The notes beneath the pieces are model-generated. The model was given only the letters and a program-made list of their open reading frames with translations. It did not search any database and was not told where the DNA came from. From contig NC_069002.1 of assembly GCF_001194135.2 (NCBI RefSeq), forward strand, positions 31,295,319 through 31,339,039: a DNA stretch of 43,721 nucleotides, read 5' to 3'. Positions 11,423 to 21,397 of this stretch are shown piece by piece. Made by a program: the position numbers and the translations under genes. The number at the start of each line of letters is the position of its first letter. Within the stretch, counting starts at the first letter, position 1. The stretch comes from Octopus bimaculoides (lineage: Eukaryota).

Positions 11423-11681
11423 ATATTGAAAAACATCAATACCCATCAAAGTGATAAAGTACATCCCACGACCACCATCAGGTGGTCGTGGGATGTGCTA
11501 AAAACACCAGCTAAATCGCTTTTAAATCACACAAACACACACGAGGAATCGTACGACTAAGCAAAAACCAAAAGAAACATTTATTTTTTTATTTAAGGGG
11601 GTATTTAGCTGTTATTTTAAACACAGCTCACGACCTCATACCGTCCTTGTTTTGTTCCTGACATATTGGTGTTTTTCAATA
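11423..11681. mobile_element. Nested-palindrome MITE-like element
   Basis: Outer IR atattgaaaaacatcaata / tattggtgtttttcaatat (19 bp, 1 mismatch). Perfect 16-bp inner hairpin acatcccacgaccacc-atca-ggtggtcgtgggatgt at 11461-11496. Confidence 0.55.
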
Positions 11682-11984
11682 TCTTTCTTCTCACAAACAC
11701 ATTTGTCTATTGCAGGAATTTTAGCCAAAAATTCTGCCTGTCCATATTTTAAACTGTGATTTAAAAAAAAGTTCAAAAAATAATAAATTTTTTTTTGCTT
11801 AGTCGTATGATTCCCTGTGCATGATTTTCTGTAGATAGCGGAGGTGGGGGGTATCTGGAAATGTAATGGAATCAGCTGGTCCTTGGTTCATGGTTTCTGG
11901 AGGGTCCTGGATAATTCTGCAATGTCGGAATTTAGTTTAAAGTATTACATGAAAGGTATACCTACACAATTGTGCCCCTCTCCG

Positions 11985-12245
11985 ATTTTGTTTCCTCATA
12001 ACTTCCAGAAAAATTGATATTTTTTAATGAAATTTTCTACAAATACGCTTCAGATGGTGTAGATTTCGATTGCATCGGAATTTGTTGTGAAAAAACTTTT
12101 CCGTGACTGAGTAGAAAAGTTTCAGAAAATTCACAAGAGCCGGCTTTGTTTTCCTATAACTTCCTGGAAAATGGGTGCTTTTTTTTTCAATGAAATTCTC
12201 TACAAATACCTTTCAGAGAGTGTAGAGTACAATTATATCAAAATT
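11985..12245. repeat. Diverged ~160-bp direct repeat pair
   Basis: ataacttcc.g.aaaat...aatgaaatt.tctacaaatac..ttcaga..gtgtaga occurs at about 11998 and 12157. Confidence 0.6.
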
Positions 12246-12499
12246 TAATATGAAAAAAAGGAATAAACACACACACATACATACTGACACACATATCGCA
12301 ATTTTTTGATAAGAGAAGTACCAAATTTAAAGCTAAGTGCTGGGTTTGATTTCTTTGACTAAGCTCTACAAGGTGGTGCTCAATGTTTGCTGCTTGTAGT
12401 GAAATTAGAACTCCTAACCACACAGTCAATAGGTCTGGTCATTAGAATTCCAGCTTTTCCTCCTTCCTCCACTCCAGACCCTACCCCACCTCTCGGCAT

Positions 12500-12830
12500 C
12501 TTCAGCCCAGTTCTTGTCAGCCCTACAAACTTCACCACAGCCCTTGTTTATCCCACTAACTTCACTACAACCCTCATTAACCCTTCTGTCTTCACCTCAG
12601 CTTTTGTTAGCCTGACTTCATTACAAGCTTTGTTAGCCCTACTAACTTCATTACAAGCTTTGTTAGCCCTACTGACTTCACCCTCAGTCCTTGTTAGCCC
12701 TATTGACTTCATTGTAACCTTCTTTTCCCTTCTGCACCTTATCCCCTTATTAAGCCTTTTTGCCCCTCAACCTTTGTTAATCCTATTCACTTTACCATAA
12801 TCCACATTAATGCCTACTGACTACCATTAC
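12500..12830. repeat. Degenerate ~30-bp minisatellite
   Basis: Repeated cttcattacaagctttgttagccctactaa-like units. Confidence 0.75.
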
Positions 12831-13056
12831 CCTTGTTATTATCTAAGATATATTCACAAAGTCTAGAATTATTCCTAAAGCAATTATTTCTCGTGTTTCA
12901 TCCCAGAATACTAGTGAGTATCCTAACGTTGGTGCAGGAGTATCTCTAATGTGCTGTTAGAGAAACCCCTCTTGTACTCCTGTCAATTACTATAATTCTC
13001 TTACATATCTTCATCATTTTAATTTCCATCTAATCTCCTTTCAAATTTTTAACAAG

Positions 13057-13059
<3 letters not shown>

Positions 13060-13109
<50 letters not shown>
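13060..13109. repeat. Poly(T) run of 50 nt
   Basis: Direct reading; followed immediately by GTAG. Confidence 0.95.
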
Positions 13110-13110
<1 letters not shown>

Positions 13111-13415
13111 TAGTTGTCATTTTGGTAATTTCTTCAGTGACATCTGATTCCAACCGATGAGGAGTGGAGGAAATTGTGTCAAATCTACTGCAAGTCTGCA
13201 AATAGTGTACGGAACAACTTACGTTTGTACACATGGAAATATTTTAACTCATTAATTTTCTCTTCTGCTGTCGGGTATCCTGTCCAACATTAAAAGAATT
13301 TCGGTGAATCTACTGCTCCAGCATGTCACCGGACGATAATTAGCACTTCATTAACAACTTGTATTTACTGTTACACATCGTTATTTCAGGTAATTCAAAA
13401 GTTTGTTCTGTGAAA

Positions 13416-14930
13416 ATGTCTTCTAGTAGCACCAGTTTTGTGATCAGTGAAACCACTGAAATCCTTATTGATTTAGGGCCAATGAAGGACACAGTACACC
13501 AGATTTCCAGCCAGCCTGGTAGTTCATTGCTAACGTCTATGTATGCACAGAAAATATCACCAAAGATCGTACACGTTTGCTTTATTTGTGATAAGATGTT
13601 TATTAACCGTATTAGTTTGAGCAAGCATTTGACCAAGCACAATATAGTAGTCAAGGGCGCCACTTCCAGTGTAAACGAGGATGGCAGTAATGCCGCAAAT
13701 AATGACCAAGAGAAAATAACTCCGCCTGGGAAAATTAGCTGCGGATATTGTCGGGGATTGTTTGATAACCAAGAAGTTTTGATGAAACATGAACAAAACA
13801 TTCATTATTTGTTTGAAGGGTCGATCATGGAGAAACACTGCTGTGGCTATTGCGGGGTAAAGTTCAGTCGGCGGAGGGACCTCTTTCACCATATCCGGTG
13901 CTGCGGAACATTATCGGCTGTAGACAATTGTAAACTCGCAACGGAAATCAACATGAGAGCAAACAGCAACAAACAGTCAGATGAAAGTTCTCACCCATCA
14001 ACTCAGGTGGAATATTTCTGTTTGAATTGCAAGCAAAAGCGTTCTTTCAAAATCCTTTCCCTAGACCGTGCCAGCAAGCTCTTAAAACTGAACTGCCAAA
14101 CCTGCGGGAAACCTTTACACTTAACGTATTTCGCTTCCGAACCTGCTAATGCCAAAGAGCCTCAAACGACTGACAACTGTGACACAACAGCTGAAACATG
14201 TCAAGACAATGGATCGTTAACGCCAACACCACAATCCCCGTTAGTTATTGACGACAACAACCCAGTCACTAACGACAACAACCCAGTCACTAACGACGAG
14301 GAACCACGTGACCAAACTCCAGTGAACAATGATAAAAAAGTAGTAACGAAAACCATAATGAAACTTTCCAGAAACTTCCCTCAAGTGATCAAAATATTAA
14401 ATAAAAAATCAAAGTTCAAATGTCACATTTGCTACAAAAAATTTACATCGTTGGACATCCTCAATAACCACTTCAATTCAGCCCATGCTGGAGTAAGGAG
14501 GCAGAAAAGTAGCTGCCCTTATTGTTCCAAGTCTTTCATCACAGCGAAACTTTACTTGCGTCACCTTCAGAGCCACGTTAGATTAAAGAAGATTTCGTGC
14601 CACTATCAGCTATTATCGAAATCTACGGAAGCATTCTATGACATTTTCGATTACCAACACAACGGGAAACGCCACACTTGTCTTCATTGTTCTGAAAGTT
14701 TTTCCAATTCCGTAGAACTTTTAAATCACCACAAAGAATATCATCCTAATAATTCTGTCCACGTATGCCAAGTGTGTTCCTGTCAGTTTGTTTCTGAGAA
14801 TTCTTTAAAGCAACATCGTAAGAGACACAGTGTCAAGAACTTTTACAAATGTGACTTTTGCTTCAAAACATTCACTAAAATGTCTCTTTTTCTTCAGCAC
14901 ATTTTACAACATGCAAAGATAAGTTTTTAA
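13416..14930 (+). CDS. Multi-zinc-finger protein (C2H2 family), single coding exon. About 504 aa from ATG 13416; the frame is open from 13359.
   Basis: Uninterrupted 523-codon frame in non-repetitive sequence. Fingers: CFIC..HLTKH, CGYC..HEQNIH, CGYC..HIRCC (C2HC), CHIC..HFNSAH, CPYC..HLQSH, CLHC..HHKEYH, CQVC..HRKRH, CDFC..HILQH, plus CLNC-x21-CQTC. A possible acceptor ttatttcAG lies at 13388-13389, so upstream exons are possible. Confidence 0.93.
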   Translation: MSSSSTSFVISETTEILIDLGPMKDTVHQISSQPGSSLLTSMYAQKISPKIVHVCFICDKMFINRISLSKHLTKHNIVVKGATSSVNEDGSNAANNDQEKITPPGKISCGYCRGLFDNQEVLMKHEQNIHYLFEGSIMEKHCCGYCGVKFSRRRDLFHHIRCCGTLSAVDNCKLATEINMRANSNKQSDESSHPSTQVEYFCLNCKQKRSFKILSLDRASKLLKLNCQTCGKPLHLTYFASEPANAKEPQTTDNCDTTAETCQDNGSLTPTPQSPLVIDDNNPVTNDNNPVTNDEEPRDQTPVNNDKKVVTKTIMKLSRNFPQVIKILNKKSKFKCHICYKKFTSLDILNNHFNSAHAGVRRQKSSCPYCSKSFITAKLYLRHLQSHVRLKKISCHYQLLSKSTEAFYDIFDYQHNGKRHTCLHCSESFSNSVELLNHHKEYHPNNSVHVCQVCSCQFVSENSLKQHRKRHSVKNFYKCDFCFKTFTKMSLFLQHILQHAKISF

Positions 14931-15101
14931 ATTAATTTACTCCTCCTCTACTAACATCAACTTAATGCAGTGTATATTTACTATATTTATATATCTACAC
15001 TTTATGTAGTTGTGTGTGTGTATACACACACGCACACACACATGTACACTTTATATATATATATATATAAAGAGAGCGAGAGAGGTACATGTGTGTGTAT
15101 G

Positions 15102-15139
<38 letters not shown>

Positions 15140-15142
<3 letters not shown>

Positions 15143-15258
15143 AATATTTACATGTCCATTGTATAGGTTCAAATCCAGCTAGGATCATGTACCTATCCAG
15201 GAATAAATGGCACCTAATGATAATGGTTGTAGTTTTAACCAATGGAAGCAGAGTATAT

Positions 15259-15317
<59 letters not shown>

Positions 15318-15433
15318 AATATTTACATGTCCATTGTATAGGTTCAAATCCAGCTAGGATCATGTACCTATCCAGGAATAAATGGCACCTAATGATAATG
15401 GTTGTAGTTTTAACCAATGGAAGCAGAGTATAT

Positions 15434-15451
<18 letters not shown>
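15140..15451. repeat. Identical 175-bp-period tandem duplication downstream of the ZNF stop
   Basis: gtaaatatttacatgtcc...gagtatattgtgtg starts at 15140 and 15315; (TA)n-flanked; each copy has AATAAA. Confidence 0.9.
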
Positions 15452-15501
<50 letters not shown>

Positions 15502-16063
15502 CACATACACATAATTATATGTATGTATATAAAGATTATATATATATGTGTATGTATAAATATTTGTGTGCATATACATACTCTTAAGATGGTGTTAATT
15601 ATTATTTCAGTTACAATTAATGTAGATATATCAAATGGTTTATTAAGTCAAGTTTTAATTTTTAAATAGCAAATAACTTCTACAGGGTGTTTGAGCTGAA
15701 TTTGAAAGTTTGTGTTAAAAGGAAAAGAAAACACAATATCCCATTGATAAAATGATTAGAAGATTTCAACTAAATTACGGCTGGGAGATAACAGTGTACT
15801 TAAAGTAGCTGCCCTCAGCTTCCTCTGTGGCCCCCAACATATGCTCCAGATCCTGGCACATGCATTCCTCACTGTGTCCCCAAGAAGGTCTTTGAACAAC
15901 CTGCTGGTTCATCTTGTAGTTTATTTACTGGTCATATGTTGGTTATGTTATGACCTGGTAGCAACGAGCTATGATAGTCTATGTTATTTACCATTTCTGG
16001 TTATGACAATGAAAGCTATTGTTTATCATATCTCACCTGAATGCTAGCCACTGCAGATCACAG

Positions 16064-16273
16064 GTTGGTTGGCACTCCGTCGCTTGCGATGTCGAGGGTT
16101 CCAGTTGATCCGATCAACGGAACAGCCTGCTCGTGAAATTAACGTGCAAGTGGCTGAGCACTCCACAGACACGTGTACCCTTAACGTAGTTCTCGGGGAT
16201 ATTCAGCGTGACACAGTGTGACAAGAAACAGGAAGTAAGAGTGAGAGAACGTTGTGTTGGAAGAGTACATCAG
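16064..16273 (-). mobile_element. SINE family A, 3' half
   Basis: gttggcactccgtcgcttgcgatgtcgagggttccagttgatccg... matches the other A copies. Confidence 0.9.
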
Positions 16274-16371
16274 AAGTATCATTGTATGCCACACCATTTT
16301 CCTGCAGCCCTGATCTGTGTGATTGGTCACTATTACATTGTCTATGTTAGGAAGAAGAGCTTGTTTGCATA

Positions 16372-16640
16372 TCATTATCATTTAACGTCCATTTTTTTCA
16401 TGCTGGCATGGGTTGGACGGTTTGACAGGGGCTGGCTAGGCAGAAGACTGCTCCAGGCTTCACTGTCTGTTTTGGCAGAGTTTTTACAGCTAGATGCCCT
16501 TCCTAACACCAACCACACCACAGAGTGGACTGAGTGCTTTTTACATGGCACCAGCTCTGGCAAGAACACTTTTGGCATGGTTTTCACAGCTGGGTGTCCT
16601 TCCAAACGCCAATCATTTCAAGTGTGGACTAGATGCATTT
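16372..16640 (-). mobile_element. Family E SINE/LINE 3' end
   Basis: tttaacgtccattttttcatgctggcatgggttggacgg...gctagatgcccttcctaacaccaacc. Confidence 0.75.
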
Positions 16641-16782
16641 TACGTGGTACCAACTCTTGTATCAAAGAGTAAAATCTTTCAGTTAATCTTGCTACAAAGT
16701 ACTTGTTGATTAGGATATACAGGAGCTCCATACTGTGATGAGGTAAGGTACTGGTTCAATCTTTGTGTCCATCATTGATTAT

Positions 16783-17070
16783 ATATGGCTGTGTGGTTAA
16801 TAAACTCATTTTGTAATCAGATGGTTTTGGGATCAATCTCACTGCATGCTACCTTGGGTGAGTTTCTTGTGTGTGTGTGTGTTTGCTTCCTACCACCACT
16901 ACTTGAGAAACCAGTGTTGGTTTGTTTATGTCACATTTTGGCAAAAAGGGCTGATAGAATAAGTACCAGATTTCAAAAAAATAAAAGCAACGTGGTCAGT
17001 GTGTTTGACAAAACTCTTTGAGGCAACAAACAGCCTAGCATGGCCACGTTTCGTTGACTGAAACAAATAA
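16783..17070 (+). mobile_element. SINE family C, degenerate
   Basis: atggctgtgtggttaa head, accttgggtgagt, internal (TG)n, gactgaaacaaataaaa tail. Confidence 0.75.
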
Positions 17071-17088
17071 AAAAAATCAAATATATAT

Positions 17089-17315
17089 AATCCTGTTGCC
17101 ACTTATTGTAACTGAAGGTACAAGGTAGCACCTACATTGCTAGAAATAAGAGTTAAAAGCCCTTATATCCACAAGAGGCACGTTTAAGCAGACAGGGGAG
17201 ACTGGGGTAGTTGTCTCCCCTGTCAGTGCATAAGGTTATAAGGGCTTTTAGTTTTTATTTCTAGCAATGTAGATGCTACTCTGTACCTTCACTTACAATA
17301 AGTGGCACCTGGATT
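17089..17315. mobile_element. Palindromic MITE (foldback)
   Basis: Arms tgccacttattgtaa.tgaaggtaca...aaaagcccttata (about 70 bp, about 90% identical) plus inner gacaggggagac / gtctcccctgtc around a 10-nt loop. Confidence 0.8.
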
Positions 17316-17587
17316 TTTCCTTTTTGGTTTTGTATTATTGTTTAATCCCTAGGGGTAACCCCTGATTCAGCAGCGTTCTAATCAAAAGCATTTCAGCCAT
17401 GACCATCCATTTTGTTTAGGGCTTGGTAGGACTACATTATCTAATGTGTTCCTTCCGAATATAAGCCAGCACGTGTGATTTGGCTGTTGTTTCTAGCAGG
17501 TTGAATGACTACAAAGAGGCTTCCACATTGGCATCACTTTGTCAGCCAGGTGGATTAGGACTGTTGTAGTGGTGGTGGAGAGGTGGG

Positions 17588-18146
17588 TTAGCTTATTGGA
17601 TCATTCAAAAGCACAGAGGTCACCAACTAGGATATTTCCTGATCATATATCTATGACCTGTATTGACAATTATTGATGAAAAATATGATTGACAACAGCT
17701 GTCACTGTCATAACCAGTAGCAACTACATCATAGCCAATAGTGACTATGTTATAACTTATAGTTGCTATGTCATAACAAGTAGATACTAGGCCATAACCT
17801 ATGGTTGGTGTCATAACCAGTGGTTATGTAGCTATTAAGTCATCACCCATAGCTATTCTGTATATCATATAGTAACCACTTATGACATCACAACTCTTGG
17901 TTATGATGTAGTAGGATAGTATTTATTATTGCTGGTTCATGTAGCTTATTACTGGTCATATGTTTATGTTATGACCTGGTAGCAACAAGCTATGACAGTA
18001 TATGTTATTTATCATTTCTGGTTAGGATAATGAAAGCTATTGTTAAATCATATCTCACCTGAATGCCAGCTACTGCAGATCACAGATATATGATCAGGAA
18101 ATATCATAGTTGCAAATCCATGTTTTTGAGTGATTCACTAAGCTAA
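17588..18146. mobile_element. Foldback-like element with ~75-80-bp imperfect terminal inverted repeats
   Basis: caactaggatatttcctgatcatatatctatgacctg (17624) versus the reverse complement of cagatcacagatatatgatcaggaaatatcatagttg (ending 18112). The interior is built of tcataacc / ggttatga units. Partial second copy at 15903-16063. Confidence 0.7.
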
Positions 18147-18495
18147 ACTCTCCCATCAACAGCTTCAGACTCCTCACCAAACATATTTTGTGTATGTCTC
18201 TTTCTCCTACAACTGACAGTGTATGTTCAATAAAGATATTTTCTTGCTAAAAAAAAAATTATTTTGTGTGTATTTGTTAAATATTTTTTGAAAAAGATCA
18301 TTTGATGTTCATTAATTTCTCATACAATCACAAAGTTAGAATATTTTGTAATAACAGTGGGGTTGTAGGTCACCATTATTTTATTTGATAAGTTTTTTTA
18401 TTATTATGTTTTTTTTTTTTTGTTTTTTGCAACAAATTTCTCAAAAATACCAGCCCGGTTCCCATATGCGAAGCCAGGGCTTTACTCCATGCTAG

Positions 18496-18711
18496 AACCT
18501 TTTCTGCCAAAAGAATGCTTATTTATTCATTCACATAGTTTTGAATCAAGCATACGTTATTTCATAGCTTTGAGATTTTGATGAGGTAACTGCTAATTTT
18601 TAGAATGGTATTGTAGGGTTGGTGTGAGAGGCCAGACCTGGCTGATTTGAACATAAAACTTGTAAGGTAATTTGGCCAGATATGACCGGTTTAAATGTTA
18701 AAGTGTTTTAA
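18496..18711. mobile_element. piggyBac-type MITE, decayed
   Basis: Homologous to 2946-3155. Confidence 0.6.
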
Positions 18712-18899
18712 TGAACTAAAACCATTTTTTCCTGATTATGTGTGATTGAAATTAGGGGATTTTTAATATCTTTGTGCATTTTTTATAATTATATTATACG
18801 ACTTTCCCTGGGGCTATTTTATTAACCCTGGAAGAATAAAAGGTAAAAGTGTAACACTACTTGAATTGAACTCAAGAAGGGAAGGGTCTTAATTCTTTC

Positions 18900-19105
18900 A
18901 TCCTTTTATTTATCTGCCATTTGACTGCGGCCATGCTGGAGCGCCGCCTTAAGTGGTTTTGCTCGAACAACTCGCCCCCAGGACTTATTCTTTGTAAGCT
19001 CAGTACTTATTCTGTTGGTCTGTTTTGCCGAATTGTTAAGTTACGGGGACGTAAACACACCAGCATCGGTTGTCAAGCGATAGCGGGTGGTGGAGAACAA
19101 AGACA
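18900..19105 (-). mobile_element. SINE family C, 3' half
   Basis: catttgactgcggccatgctggagcgccgcc...ggacttattctttgtaagc...cggggacgtaaacacaccagcatcggttgtcaagcg. Confidence 0.85.
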
Positions 19106-19827
19106 CACACACACTAGTTTAGTAATGACAAAGTTAATATACTTCGTTATTTTCAACAAGAGTGAATATGTAAGGGAGATAACTCTTCGTCGACTGATAT
19201 TGAGTGAGAGAGCAGTGCGTGCCGTCTGGTGACACGGGTAGAAATTATATGAAGCCCAATATACCAATCGTGACTATCCGATTGATAAGGGTACACCAGG
19301 CACATGCATCACAACCATATGTGCACGACATGGTGATCTCATATCAAGATTAACAGCGCATGACCTTGTAGGTGGGGGGGGGGCAGTTAGAATTTTCTTC
19401 AGGTCGAGTAGCCCATCCTGCTCAAAAGGTCCCTGAATAAGGGTTATTTAAGTATGTTGAAGGAAACACTCATGTTTCCAGAGATGAATTATCCAAATTC
19501 CAAAGAATTCCTCTCAACACATGGCTATGATGCTCTCCCACTACTTCTGCTCATGATCAGAGATGCACATATCGTCAGCCACTAAGGAACATGCTCAACT
19601 GGTTACGGTCAAGCAAATCCGTGGTATTAAGCAGAATATTTGTTGTATTTGCCCATCTTTTTATACCAAGACAAAACAATGTACATGATAACACTTCCAA
19701 TCAGTTAAGATCAGAAGCCATGAGAGCCACTGGCTGAGATTGCATCTGGGCATTTATTATTATTATCGAAAGAAAAATAATTATTACAATTATCGTTGGA
19801 AGATAATTATTTTAAATTTAATTAATC

Positions 19828-20262
19828 GACGAACTAGCAGAATTGTTGGCACACCGGATTAAGAGCTTAACAGCATTTCGTCCGTCTTCATGTTCTGAGT
19901 TCAAATTCGGTCAAGGTTGACTTTGCCTTTAGTCCTTTCAGGGTTGATAAAAATAAGTACCAGTTGATCACTGGGGTCGATGTAATCGATTTACCCCTGG
20001 CCTTGTGCCAAAATTTGAAATTATTATTATTATTATTCGCCCCTTCCCAGGACTGCGAGCTGGCAGAATCGTTAGCACGGCGGGGAAAATGCTTAGCGGC
20101 ATTTCGTCAGTCCTTACGTTCTGAGTTCAAATTCCGCCGAGGTCAACTTTGCCTTTCATCCTTTCGGAGTCAATGAAATAAGTACCAGTTACACACTGGG
20201 GTCGATGTAATCGACTTACCCAACCACTAAAATTTCAGGACTTGTGTCTATAATAGAAAGGA
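19828..20262 (+). mobile_element. Two SINE family B copies in tandem
   Basis: Heads at 19828 and 20050, each with gttctgagttcaaattc (B box) and aaataagtaccagtt...ggggtcgatgtaatcga. Confidence 0.85.
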
Positions 20263-20378
20263 CTGTGTGTATATATATATATGTATATGAGAGTATTGTA
20301 GTTCGCTTGAAGCATTGTGTATTGTTTGTAAAGAACTAAAAGTTTAGAATGGTACAACAATACACTATAAAATTTTTT

Positions 20379-20573
20379 AAATGGACTATATACCTGTTGT
20401 AATTTCGTTATCTATAGTCCGATGATATTTCGGAATTACAATTCCTTCTTCAGATCTTCTTAGATGGAGTCTCTGCTATAAACTCCATCTAAGAATATCT
20501 GAAGAAGGAATTGTAATTCCGAAATATCATCGGACTATAGATAACCAAATTACAACAGGTATATAGTCCATTT
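20379..20573. repeat. Near-perfect 195-bp palindrome
   Basis: 92-bp arms with 2 mismatches around the 11-nt loop ctctgctataa. Confidence 0.9.
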
Positions 20574-20590
20574 TTTTTGTTTTATAGTGC

Positions 20591-20622
<32 letters not shown>

Positions 20623-20649
20623 AAGGGTAGATGTGTAGTAAAATAACAC

Positions 20650-21075
20650 TTCAGTGTGAGGTGTGTAACTCTAATAAAATACAGGTAAGATATAACTACT
20701 ACCTGAGTATGAGGTGTATCACCACTAATGAAATACAGGTGAGAGATAATTACTACCTGAGTGTGTGGTGTGTAAGGTTAATGAAATACAGGTAACATAA
20801 TTAACTATAGTGTGAAGTGTGTGACAGTAATAACATCCAGGTGAGATACTACTGGTGTGTGAGATGTGTCAGTGACAGGAATAACGTATAGGTGTGTTTC
20901 AAATGAGGTGTTGAACAGCAATAACATACAAGGGAGATAATTGCTACTTAAACGATGTGTTTAACATTAATAACATACAGGTGAGTGTTAGGTAAGTAGC
21001 ACTAAAGAAATACAGGTGAAAAATAATTTGTGTCTGAAGGTGAAGTGTGTTAGTGATGAAATACAGGTGAGAGAT
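20650..21075 (+). repeat. Degenerate ~50-bp minisatellite (about 9 units)
   Basis: aat(a/g)a(a/c)atacaggt(a/g)ag core at about 20681, 20735, 20788, 20837, 20888, 20928, 20977, 21012 and 21063. Confidence 0.8.
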
Positions 21076-21397
21076 TTGTTGTTGGCACTCCGTCGCTTAC
21101 GACGTCGAGGGTTCCAGTTGATCCGATCAACAGAACAATCTGCTCGTGAAATTAACGTGCAAGTGGCTGAGCACTCCACAGACACGTGTACCCTTAACGT
21201 AGTTCTCGGGGATATTCAGTGTGACAAGGCTGGCCCCTTTGAATTTCAGGTACAACAGAAACAGGGAGAAAGTTGTGGTGGAAGAGTACAGCAGGGTTCG
21301 CCACCATCCCCTGCCGGAGCCTCGTGGAGCTTTANNNNNNNNNNGGAATCGAAACCGCGAGTCCGCTGCCCTAACCACTGGGCCATTGCGCCTCCAC
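21076..21397 (-). mobile_element. SINE family A with 13-bp target-site duplication
   Basis: ACAGGTGAGAGAT at 21063-21075 and 21398-21410 flanks the element. Intact A box TGGCCCAGTGG; 10-N gap inside. Confidence 0.93.

Noticed and set aside
12387-12800. 137-aa S/T/P/L-rich mucin-like ORF
   Set aside because: Explained by a 30-bp minisatellite, starts at TTG, no splice or domain support.
13340-13892. Minus-strand ORFs of 153 and 111 aa
   Set aside because: Antisense shadows of the ZNF coding sequence.
19200-19750. Probable interspersed repeat or LINE 3' UTR
   Set aside because: Single copy in the window with no termini or coding motif I can demonstrate, so not listed as a feature.
20650-21075. 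CRISPR-like repeat-spacer appearance
   Set aside because: The inter-core sequences are homologous to each other, units are degenerate, the context is eukaryotic and there are no cas genes.
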